From: an uncultured Acidimicrobiia bacterium
GTDB lineage: Bacteria > Actinomycetota > Acidimicrobiia > Spongiisociales > UBA5794
Assembly: GCA_963812375.1 (NCBI GenBank)
Contig: CAWEUW010000009.1
Span: 386,240-450,239 of the forward strand
Direction: 5' to 3'
Length of the DNA stretch: 64,000 bases
The notes under the pieces were generated by a model, which worked only from the letters and a program-made list of their open reading frames with translations, was not told the origin of the DNA and searched no databases. The position numbers were made by a program, and so were the translations under genes. Below, in pieces: positions 29,598 through 38,272 of this stretch (position 1 is its first letter; each line of letters begins with the position of its first letter).

Positions 29598-30490
29598 TTG
29601 GGTGATGCGGTGAGCTGGTGGGTGGTGCGCAACCCGGCGGCGGGCAGGGGCATCGACGTGAGCCGGCGGCTGAGGCCGCGCTCGGTGCTGCCGGCATCGA
29701 GGCCGAGGTCGTCGTCTCCGAGGCGACCGAGCACGTGGTCGACCTGGTCGCCGAAGGCAGGGGACGCGGGTTCCGGCGATTCGCCTCCGTGGGTGGCGAC
29801 GGCACCGCCCACTGGCTGCTCAACGGCCTGATGGCTGCGGAGTGGGACGAGCCGCCGACCATGGCGATCATCCCGGCGGGCTCCGGCTCCGACTTCATCA
29901 GGACCTTCGCCCTTCCCCGCACCATCGAGGGTGCGGTGCCGCTGCTGGCATCCGGGCGCACCTACCGCGTCGACGTCGGCCGGATCGACGGCTCGTTCGG
30001 GTCGCGGTGGTTCCTCAACGCCGCCAACGTCGGGTTGGTGGCCCGGTCGGCGCAGCGGGCGAGCCGGCTGCCCTCCTGGCTCGGGTCGCTCCGGTACACC
30101 ACGGCCTTCTGGCTGAGCCTGGCCACCTTCGGGCGGGCGCCGGTGGTCGTCGACCTCGGCGGCCGCCGCATCGAGGAGCGGGCGATCACGGTGGTGGTGG
30201 CCAACGGCCAGTTCTTCGGGGGCGGCCTCAACGTCGCCCCCCAGGCGTCGCTGCAGGACGGCGCCGTCGACGTCGAGGCCTTCACCTGCTCGAAATGGAG
30301 GGCGTTCGATCTCATGCCGCGGGTGATCCGGGGCAACCACCTTCGCCACCCGGCGGTCAAGCGGGGTCGGGCGGCCGGGCTCACCATCACCGTGCCGGAG
30401 GACTGGCCGGTTGAGGCTGATGGCGAGATGGTGGGCAGCGGGCCGGTACGGATCACCGTCCGTCCCGGGGCGGTCGACTTCGTGATCTGA
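29598..30490 (+). pseudogene. diacylglycerol-kinase-family lipid kinase (YegS/BmrU-like), 1 frame break
   Basis: The N-terminus VSWWVVRNPAAGRG (frame of ORF 29598; GTG 29610 possible) is followed by the frame of ORF 29618. That part carries SVGGDGTAHWLLNGL, IIPAGSGSDF and a C-terminal beta-sandwich. Break near 29640. Confidence 0.8.
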
Positions 30491-30603
30491 CCGGGGCGAC
30501 GGCTGGGCCTGGCGACGACGGGAACAAGCGGGCCTGGAGGTCTGTTCTGCGCTGGAAATCGACCGATATACTCCGGCGCCGCATCGGGGAGACGAAGGCC
30601 AGC

Positions 30604-31091
30604 ATGACCGACCGAGACCACGAAGAGCTCGAGGAGCTCACCGGCGGCGGCGATGTCGAAGAACGTCGTCGAGCCCGCCGACAGCGAGTGGGGCGACGAG
30701 GACTTCGACGGCGAGCCCGAGGTCGTCGAGGATCTGGAGGACCTCGACGAAGTGCTCGACGTGGCCGTCGACGGCGACCTGGCCGTCGTCGACGATGGAC
30801 GACGACGACGGCGACGTCGAAGGCGAGGGCGACGAGGAGTCGGACGAGGCGCTCGACGAGCTCGAGGCCGAGGAGCTCGAGATGCTCACCGACGACGAGG
30901 AGTCCGAGACGCTGATCGTCGACGAGGCGGCAGAGCTGCGGGCCATCCGACGGGAGCAGCTGGCCATGGAAGGTGAAGCCGGGCCGGAGCGGGGCGCCGA
31001 CGAGTTCGTCTGCAGCAACTGCTTCCTCGTGCTGAAGCGCAGCCAGCTGGCCAACGCCCGGCAGATGCTCTGTCGAGACTGCGCCGCCTGA
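30604..31091 (+). pseudogene. DUF4193-family acidic protein with C-terminal Cys4 motif, 2 frame breaks
   Basis: The acidic N-terminal parts lie in the frames of ORFs 30604 and 30653. The C-terminal part (ORF 30795) ends ...ADEFVCSNCFLVLKRSQLANARQMLCRDCAA*, typical of actinobacterial DUF4193 proteins. Confidence 0.7.
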
Positions 31092-31128
31092 GGGTTGGGC
31101 GCTCGACGAGCGCCCAACCCTCAGGCGG
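31084..31128. terminator. 45-bp perfect palindrome (22-bp arms) overlapping the DUF4193 stop codon; candidate bidirectional terminator or protein-binding site
   Basis: ccgcctgagggttgggcgctcg a cgagcgcccaaccctcaggcgg. No T tract follows. Confidence 0.4.
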
Positions 31129-31133
31129 ATACC

Positions 31134-31186
31134 CATCTTCGGCTGACGCCTCATCGCGATGCGGTTGGGGAGCTCAGCCCAACCGC
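31134..31186 (+). repeat. family-1 intergenic repeat, partial copy
   Basis: cat-cttcggctgacgcctcatcgcg matches the conserved 5' module of the 92-bp unit but lacks ggct. It is followed by its own hairpin gcggttggg-gagctcag-cccaaccgc. Confidence 0.7.
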
Positions 31187-31252
31187 CGGCTCCAGGACCG
31201 CTGTCGTCGGCAAGAACGTGGCAGTCGGAACGTCCCTACGCTCTCATGCCAC

Positions 31253-31736
31253 ATGGATCCGTCGAGCAGATTCGCCACCGGTGACGATGCGCCCGCGGTG
31301 CTCGACCTCTACCGGGAGGCGGTGGGGGAGCAGGCGGCACTCCGCCCTATGTGGCCGCTCGCCGACGGGCTGGCCGAGCCGGCCGAAGTCGCCGTCAGCG
31401 AGATCATGGGCGACCCCGACTTCCCGGCTGGCGGTCGGGGAGATCGAAGGGGTCGTGGTCGGGTTCGCCTGGGCGCGCAGCGAGCCGCTCCTGCCCCAGG
31501 CAGATGGGGCGCCGGTGTGCGTCGTGCGACTGGTGTACACCACCCCCGAGGCAAGGGGAGTGGGGGTTGGGGACAGCATGCTCACCCTCCTGATGGACGA
31601 CTTCGCCGGGCGTGGCCACCGCCACTTCGATGCCCGGGTGAGCCCCGGCCACCGCAACGCCAAGAACTTCTTCGAGGCGCACGGCTTCTCCGCCCGGCTC
31701 ATCGTCATGTACCACGATGCGGGGGTGACGACATGA
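31253..31736 (+). pseudogene. GNAT-family N-acetyltransferase, 1 frame break
   Basis: The N-terminal part is in the frame of ORF 31253. The acetyl-CoA-binding part (VVRLVYTTPEARGVGVGDSMLTLLMDDFAGRGHRHFDARVSPGHRNAKNFFEAHGF) is in the frame of ORF 31095. Break near 31420. Confidence 0.75.
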
Positions 31737-33094
31737 CGACCGGGGGCATCCCGACTTCGGAAGTGGTTGAGCTCCTGCAGGAGCTGATTCGCAACGCCTG
31801 CGTCAACGACGGCACCCCGGACTCGGGGCACGAGCACCGCTCGGTGGCGACCCTGCAGGGGTATCTCGGCGGCGAGGGCGAGGTCGTCGAGCCACACCCG
31901 GGCCGGCAGAGCGTGGTGTTCCGGGTGCCCGGGTCGACCCGCGGGGCCCCGACGCTGGTGCTGCTGCCCCACCTCGACGTGGTGCCGGTGACGGCGTCTG
32001 GTTGGAGCGTCGACCCGTTCGCCGCCGAGGTCGACGACGGGTACGTGTGGGGGCGGGGAGCCGTCGACATGCTCAACCTCACCGCGGCGATGGCGGCGGT
32101 CTTCGCCCGGTACCGGTCGGGGGAGCTGGCTCCGTTGCCCGGCGACCTGGTGCTCGCCGCCGTCGCCGACGAGGAGGCGGGAGGCGTCCACGGGGCGGGT
32201 TGGCTCGCCGAGCACCGACCGGACCTCCTCCCCGCCGACTACGTGCTCACCGAGATCGCCACCCCCCGGGTAGCCGCTGGGGGCGGGCTGCCGGTGACCG
32301 TCGCCGAGAAGGGCCCGTCGTGGAAGCTGTTGCGCACCCGGGGGACGCCTGGTCACGCCAGCCAGCCGTACCGCACCGACAACGCCCTGGTGCGACTGGC
32401 CAGCGCCGTCGACCTGCTCGACGCCGCCGACGAGCCCGCCGCCGTCTCGGCGGAGTGGGCGGGGTTCGCCGCCGGGGCCGGTCTGCCCGACGGCTTGGCG
32501 GAGCGGCTGACCGATCCCGACCGGCTCGACGAAGCCATCGACGAGCTCGCCGAGACGGACGAGCCGCTGGCCCGGTTCGCCCACGCCTGCACCCACCTCA
32601 CCGTTGCCCCGACCATCCTCAACGCCGGCACCAAGTCCAACGTGGTCCCCGACTCGGCCGAGGCGTACCTCGACATGCGGGTGGTGCCCGGCCAGGACGA
32701 GGCCACGGTCGATGACCACCTGCGCAAGGTGCTCGGTCCCGATCGCCTCGACCGGATCGAGGTGATCGACCACATCTCCTTCCCGGCCAACGGATCGCCG
32801 GCGTCGGGCCCGCTCTGGGAGGCGATCGGCGATGCCGCCGGCGCCCTGACCGGGTCGCGGTCGCTGCTGCCGATGCTGATACCGGTGACCACCGATGCCC
32901 GGTTCATGCGCGCCCGTGGTGCGGTTTCCTACGGGGTCGGGCTCTTCGACGACCGGATGGGGTTCGGGGAGATGCTGCGCCTGTTCCACGGCCATGACGA
33001 ACGGGTCAGCATCGGCAGCATCGAGGCGACCACCGCCCTGCTCGCCCTCACCGTCGAGCGCTTCGGCGCCAGGATCGCCGAGGAGCTCGCATGA
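31733..33094 (+). CDS. M20/M25/M40-family metallopeptidase/deacylase
   Basis: 453 aa from ATG 31733 (ATGA overlap with the GNAT gene). Motifs LLPHLDVVP, GRGAVDMLN and ADEEAGG are typical of M20 enzymes. Frame intact. Confidence 0.85.
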   Translation: MTTGGIPTSEVVELLQELIRNACVNDGTPDSGHEHRSVATLQGYLGGEGEVVEPHPGRQSVVFRVPGSTRGAPTLVLLPHLDVVPVTASGWSVDPFAAEVDDGYVWGRGAVDMLNLTAAMAAVFARYRSGELAPLPGDLVLAAVADEEAGGVHGAGWLAEHRPDLLPADYVLTEIATPRVAAGGGLPVTVAEKGPSWKLLRTRGTPGHASQPYRTDNALVRLASAVDLLDAADEPAAVSAEWAGFAAGAGLPDGLAERLTDPDRLDEAIDELAETDEPLARFAHACTHLTVAPTILNAGTKSNVVPDSAEAYLDMRVVPGQDEATVDDHLRKVLGPDRLDRIEVIDHISFPANGSPASGPLWEAIGDAAGALTGSRSLLPMLIPVTTDARFMRARGAVSYGVGLFDDRMGFGEMLRLFHGHDERVSIGSIEATTALLALTVERFGARIAEELA

Positions 33095-34216
33095 GGATCT
33101 ACCTGTCGCCTCCGGACCTGACCGGCGACGAGTACGCCGCCCTGGAGAGGGCGCTCGCCGGCGGCTGGGTGGCGCCGCTGGGCCCCGAGGTGGACGCCTT
33201 CGAGGCCGAGCTGGCCGCCGTCACCGGCCGCGCCAACGGGGTGGCCCTGTCGTCGGGCACCGCCGCCATCCACCTGGCACTGCAGCACGCCGGGGTGGGC
33301 CCGGGAGCGAGGGTCCTGGTGCAGAGCCTCACCTTCGTGGCCAGTGTGAACCCGGTGCGCTACCTCGGCGCCGAGGTCGTGCTGGTGGACAGCGACGAGG
33401 CGACGTGGGCGATCGACCCCGACCTGGTCGGGGAGGCGTTCGACGCCGCCGAGCGGGAGGGCCGTCCCTACACCGCCCTGGTGACCGTCGACCTCTACGG
33501 AGAGTGCGCCGACTACTCGACCATCGTCCCGCTGTGCGAGCGCCACGGGGTCACCCTGATCGAGGACGCCGCCGAGGCGTTGGGGTCCACCCATGCCGGC
33601 CGGCCCGCCGGGTCGTTCGGGCACAGCGCCGCCCTGTCCTTCAACGGCAACAAGATCATCACCACCAGCGGTGGCGGGGCGATGGTCACCGACGATGCCG
33701 ACGCCGCATCCCGGGCGCGGTTCCTGGCCACGCAGGCGCGGGACCCCTCCCCCCACTACGAGCACACGGTGATGGGGTACAACTACCGGATGAGCAACCT
33801 GCTCGCCGCCCTGGGGAGGGCGCAGCTGGCCGATCTCGAGCGCAGGGTCGAGCGACGGCGCGACCACAACGCCTTCTACCGGCAGGCGCTCGGCGACCTG
33901 CCAGGGGTGAGGTTCATGGAGGAGAGCGCCGACAACCGGACCATGTTCTGGCTGACCACGTTCACCGTCGACCCGGAGGCCGCCGGCACCGACCGCGAGG
34001 CCATCCGGCTCCACCTCGAGTCGTTGGACATCGAGGCCCGGCCGGTGTGGAAGCCGATGCACCTGCAGCCGCTTGTACGCCGACGCCGCGGTGTTCGGAG
34101 GGTCGGTGTCTTCACGGCTGTTCGAGCGCGGGTTGTGCATCCCGTCGGGGTCGAGCCTCACCGACGACCAGCGCACCCGGGTAGCCGAGGAGATCCGCTC
34201 GGTGTTCCCAGCATGA
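33091..34216 (+). pseudogene. DegT/DnrJ/EryC1-family PLP aminotransferase, EpsN/PglE-like, 1 frame break
   Basis: ATGA overlap with the M20 gene. IYLSPPDLTGDEY...WVAPLGPEVDAFE, PLP-Lys context SFNGNKIITTSGGGA, FLATQARDPSPHYEH and IEARPVWKPMHLQP closely resemble B. subtilis EpsN as I recall it. The last about 45 codons (...LFERGLCIPSGSSLTDDQRTRVAEEIRSVFPA*) are in another frame (break near 34075). Confidence 0.85.
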
Positions 34217-34219
34217 TTT

Positions 34220-34238
34220 CCCCTCCCCGGGGGAGGGG
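34220..34238. terminator. short GC hairpin between convergent genes (candidate terminator)
   Basis: cccctccc-cgg-gggagggg forms an 8-bp stem with a 3-nt loop, 4 nt after the aminotransferase stop and preceded by TTT. Confidence 0.35.
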
Positions 34239-34361
34239 ATCGAAGGAGCCCACGAACGGGATCAGGGGGGCCCACTCTGTGGGAGGAGGCGCCGACGTCG
34301 CGCGTCTGTTCGGCGGCTGTGTCATGGTGAATGTGCCGCCGAAGTCGGCCCCGGGCAGAAA

Positions 34362-35538
34362 TCAGGCGTCGGCTTGGTCGGCGGCCTCGATGTCCTTCCG
34401 CCGGATCCCGAGCACGAAGAGGATGGCGTCGAGGTAGGGGACCTTGAGCGTGGCGTCGGCGGCGGCATCGACGACGGGCTTGGCGTTGAAGGCGATCCCC
34501 AGGCCCGCCTTGGCCAGCATCTCCAGGTCGTTGGAGCCGTCGCCCACCGCCACGGTCTGCTCGAGAGGTATCCCCTCGTCGGCGGCGATCGTCTCCAGCA
34601 GCCTCGCCTTGGCCGGGCCGTCGATGATCTCGCCCACGAGTCGCCCGGTCAACCTGTCGTCGACCACCTCCAGCGTGTTGGCGAAGGCGACGTCGATGTC
34701 CAGGTGTCGGCGGACCTGCTCGGCGAAGACGTCGAACCCGCCGCTCACCAGGGCGGTGCGGTAGCCGAGCCGGCGCAGCGTGCGGGCGAACGTGCGCGCC
34801 CCGGGTGTGTAGCGGATGCGCTCGCTCACCGCCCGCAGCCGGGCCACGTCGAGGCCCTCCAGGTGGGCGACGCGGCGGCGCAGTGACGCCTCGAAGTCGA
34901 GCACGCCCTTCATGGCGTCCTCGGTGATCGCCCGCACCGCGTCGCCGGTGCCGATCTCGTCGGCGAGCATGTCGATGACCTCGTCGCGGATGAGCGTCGA
35001 GTCCATGTCGATCACCACCAGACGCTTGGCGCGGCGGGCAAGGCCCTCGGGCTGCAGAGCGATGTCCACCCGGTGGAAGCTGGACGCCTCCAGCAGGCCC
35101 TTGCGCATCGTGTCGGTGTCGCCCGCCGACGACGATCAGCTCGTAGCTGATCACCGGGTAGGTGGAGAGCTGCCCGATCCGCTCGATGTTGCCGCCGCCG
35201 TCGGCGATGGCATCGGCTACGCCGCCGAGGGCGTCGGGGCCGAGCCTGGCGCCGATCACGGTCACCGCGAACCGGGAAGGTGTCGGGAGGTTGTCGGGTG
35301 GTTCGACGACCTCGAAGTCGAAGTGGAGCTTCCGCTGCCAGCCGAAGAACAGCAGGTCCTTGAGGGGGGACCGGGCCTCCCGGACGCCGATCAGCAGGCC
35401 GAGGTTGAGGTGGTCCCTCACCACCACCTGTTCCATGTCGAGGACCTCCGCCTCGGCCTCGGCCAGGATGCGGAGGATGCCGGCGGTGATGCCCGGCCCG
35501 TCGATCCCGGTGACCCGGACCAGGATGGTCTGTTCCAT
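34362..35538 (-). pseudogene. serB: phosphoserine phosphatase SerB with N-terminal ACT domains, 1 frame break
   Basis: The ACT region starts at ATG 35538 (MEQTILVRVTGIDGPGITAGIL...). A break near 35125 precedes the HAD domain with DMDSTLI, SGGF and GDGSNDL in ORF 34362-35108. Confidence 0.85.
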
Positions 35539-35597
35539 TGGCCGTTCCCTGCACAGCGACTGCTACGTTCCCGGGCAGTCTCCCGGGTGGGGGTCGC

Positions 35598-36374
35598 TTG
35601 GGCAACTTCAGCACCATCGTGTTCGACCTCGACGGGGTCCTGTACCACTCCGACCGCCCGGTCCCCGGGGCGGCGGCGACCCTGGTTCGGCTTGCCACCG
35701 CCGGGGTCTCCCTGGTGTACGCCACCAACAACGCCTCGCGGCTTCCAGAGGAGGTTGCCGGGGCGATCGCCGACCGGATCGGCTTCGCCGCCGACCCGGC
35801 AGCCGTGGTGACGTCGGCGATGGCCGCCGGCGCCCACCTGGCGGGACGGGTGTCGGCGGCGTACGTGATCGGGACGCCATCGCTGCGGGTCGAGTTGGAA
35901 CGGTCCGGGGTCGGCACGACAGAGGAACACGGCGACGCCGACGCCGTGGTGGTCGGGCTCGACCCCGATCTCACGTATGACAAGCTGAAGGAGGCGACCC
36001 TGGCGGTGGGGAACGGGGCCCGGCTGGTGGCCACCAACGACGACGCCACCTTCCCGAGCTCCGACGGCATCATCCCCGGCGCCGGGGCGATCGTCGCCGC
36101 CCTGGAGCGGGCCACCGGCGTCGAGGCCGAGGTCTGTGGGAAGCCGCACCCGCCGATGCTGCGGGCGGTGTCGGCCCTGGTCGGTCCTGGGTCGGTGTTG
36201 GTGATCGGCGACCGGGTCGACACCGACATCGCGATGGGGCTGGCCATGGGCTGGGCGACAGCGCTCGTGCTCACCGGGGTGACCTCACCGGAGGAAGCCG
36301 CCACCGTCGAGGTCGACCACATCCTCGAGTCGGTCGCCGACCTCCCCGGGGTCGTCGGCCTGGGTCAGCCGTAG
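35598..36374 (+). CDS. HAD-superfamily hydrolase, subfamily IIA (NagD-like)
   Basis: FDLDGVLY motif I, ATNNASR, GKPHPPM, GDRVDTDI. TTG 35598 is proposed as the start because the annotated ORF start at 35538 abuts the divergent serB start. Confidence 0.75.
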   Translation: MGNFSTIVFDLDGVLYHSDRPVPGAAATLVRLATAGVSLVYATNNASRLPEEVAGAIADRIGFAADPAAVVTSAMAAGAHLAGRVSAAYVIGTPSLRVELERSGVGTTEEHGDADAVVVGLDPDLTYDKLKEATLAVGNGARLVATNDDATFPSSDGIIPGAGAIVAALERATGVEAEVCGKPHPPMLRAVSALVGPGSVLVIGDRVDTDIAMGLAMGWATALVLTGVTSPEEAATVEVDHILESVADLPGVVGLGQP

Positions 36375-37070
36375 AACGGCAGCGTGGTGGCGGGCGTGGG
36401 CCCGCTCCACCCGGCCGAGCAACACTGGCCGCAGCGGCAGGGTGATCAGCATCCCGGCGATGAAGCCCCCGACATGGGCCTGCCACGCCACCCCTTCGAG
36501 GGGGAGCAGGAATTGGCTGATCAGCCACAGCCCGAGGAACACCACGGCGGCGACCGGGACGAACACGACGACGAGGAGGGTGAGGACCTTGTGGGCCGGG
36601 TACAGGACGAGGTAGGAGCCGAGCACCCCGGCGATCGCCCCGGAGGCACCCACCAGCGGGATGGTCGTGTCCGGGTTGAACATCACGAAGGCGGCGGTGG
36701 CGATGAACCCGGTCACCAGGTACAACGCCAGGTAGCCCAGATGGCCGTATGCCTCCTCCACGTTGTTCCCGAAGATCCACAGGAACCACATGTTGCCGAG
36801 GAGGTGTCCGATCCCCCCGTGGAGGAACATCGACACCAGCGCCGCCAGCCATACGTTCTTGTCGGGGAAGTAGCCGGGCCCGGGATCGTCGCAGGTGTCG
36901 GTCTCGATCTCCTCGATGGTGACCGGCTCACCGCTGGTCAGCTCGCAGGCGATGGCGGCGTTCTCGTAGAGGAACTCGGTGGCCTCGGCACCGGTGCCCT
37001 GGGGTTGCCACAGGAAGTAGACGGCGAGGTTGACGGCGATGATGGCGATGGTGGCGAGCGGCGTCGTCAT
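36285..37070 (-). CDS. rhomboid-family intramembrane serine protease
   Basis: Six TM helices, HLLGNMWFLWIFG, catalytic GASGAIAG and AHVGGFIAG. ATG 37070 (upstream starts are possible). The 3' end overlaps the convergent HAD gene by 90 nt. Confidence 0.8.
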   Translation of the reverse strand: MTTPLATIAIIAVNLAVYFLWQPQGTGAEATEFLYENAAIACELTSGEPVTIEEIETDTCDDPGPGYFPDKNVWLAALVSMFLHGGIGHLLGNMWFLWIFGNNVEEAYGHLGYLALYLVTGFIATAAFVMFNPDTTIPLVGASGAIAGVLGSYLVLYPAHKVLTLLVVVFVPVAAVVFLGLWLISQFLLPLEGVAWQAHVGGFIAGMLITLPLRPVLLGRVERAHARHHAAVLRLTQADDPGEVGDRLEDVVDLDGGGFLR

Positions 37071-37127
37071 CGTCGGGTTGACGTCACGGATCGGGAACAA
37101 GGCGCCGGTCTCCGGGTCTGGCCTGGG

Positions 37128-37304
37128 ATGATGGGGCCCATGGATACTACGTCGCCCGACCAGATCAGCCCCGAGGAGGCCCCTGCGGCCCTCGAACCCG
37201 AAGCCATGCTCGACGAGCTCGCCGCCGTCGACCCCGCCGACGCCCCGGTGGTCGCCGACCGGCTGGCCGAGGAGCTGGAACGCAGGCTCGATGCGACCAG
37301 CTGA
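37128..37304 (+). CDS. small acidic hypothetical protein
   Basis: 58 aa (MMGPMDTTSPDQISPEEAPAALEPEAMLDELAAVDPADAPVVADRLAEELERRLDATS*), divergent from the rhomboid gene. No known domain. Confidence 0.3.
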   Translation: MMGPMDTTSPDQISPEEAPAALEPEAMLDELAAVDPADAPVVADRLAEELERRLDATS

Positions 37305-37474
37305 CCGCTCGGGCGGGAGGCCGTCGCCCCGAACAGGCCGGCGGGAACCCGACACCGCAAGGCTGGATCGTGTCACAACCCGCGGCCGCATGATGGGACG
37401 ACGAACCGGGCGTCGGTCGATCGAGGTCCGGGTCGACCGCACAGGAGGTGTGCCATCGGCGTGAGGTCTCGGCG

Positions 37475-38272
37475 ATGAGGCTCGGCATCGTCGTCCATCC
37501 CAGCCGGGAATCCGCCGGGTCGGTCGGCGACCGGCTCGCCGCCGCCGCCCGGGCACGCGGCTGGGACGTGGGGACCACCGGGATCGGGACCTGGGACGGC
37601 GAGGCCTTCGACGTCCTCGTCGGCGTCGGAGGCGACGGCACCCTGCTCGAGGCCGCCCACCTCGCCCACCGCGCCGACATTCCGGTGGCGGGCGTCAATC
37701 TGGGCACGGTCGGCTACCTCGCCGACTTCGACCCTGCCGACGACACCGCCCTCCTCGACACGCTCGCCCTCGACCCGCTCCCCACCATCGGGCGGATGAC
37801 GCTGCGTGCCACCTCCGATGACGGGAGCTGGCATGGCATCAACGACGTGGTGCTGGAGAAGGTCCTCAGCCAGCGGATCGTCCAGATCACCGTGGAGATC
37901 GACGGTGAGCACTTCACCAGCTACCGGGCCGACGGGTTGATCGTCGCCACCCCGCTCGGGTCGACGGCGTACTCGCTGTCGGCGGGGGGCCCGGTGGTCG
38001 ACCCCGCCGTGGAGGCCCTGCTGCTCACCCCGGTGGCGCCCCACAGCCTGCTGTCCCGGTCGCTGGTGCTGGCGCCGGCCACCGTCGTCACCTGCACCGT
38101 CGACGGAGACCGGCCGGTCCGGGTCAACCTCGACGGGCGGGAGGCGACCACGCTCGAGGCGGGGGACGTCCTCACCATCGGCAGGGGCGAGCGGCCGGTC
38201 CGGTTCGTCTCGGTGGGCGGCCGGCCCTTTCCTCGGGGCCTGCGCCGCCAGTTCGGGCTCGACCATGCCTGA
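37475..38272 (+). CDS. nadK: NAD+ kinase
   Basis: 265 aa from ATG 37475. GGDGTLL, NLGTVGYL and ATPLGSTAYSLSAGGP motifs. Frame intact. Confidence 0.9.
   Translation: MRLGIVVHPSRESAGSVGDRLAAAARARGWDVGTTGIGTWDGEAFDVLVGVGGDGTLLEAAHLAHRADIPVAGVNLGTVGYLADFDPADDTALLDTLALDPLPTIGRMTLRATSDDGSWHGINDVVLEKVLSQRIVQITVEIDGEHFTSYRADGLIVATPLGSTAYSLSAGGPVVDPAVEALLLTPVAPHSLLSRSLVLAPATVVTCTVDGDRPVRVNLDGREATTLEAGDVLTIGRGERPVRFVSVGGRPFPRGLRRQFGLDHA

Noticed and set aside
35110-35117. Exact TGTCGGTG (RecA-NDp -35-like octamer) on the plus strand.
   Set aside because: It lies inside the serB coding region on the opposite strand. No TAnnnT occurs at the right distance and there is no downstream plus-strand gene start.
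32929-35538. 869-aa minus-strand ORF, and the 617-aa minus-strand ORF 48420-50273.
   Set aside because: Only the serB ACT-domain part (about 35125-35538), and for the second ORF the ispH part (48420-49466), are real coding sequence. The remainder is antisense to the aminotransferase gene or is upstream non-coding extension.
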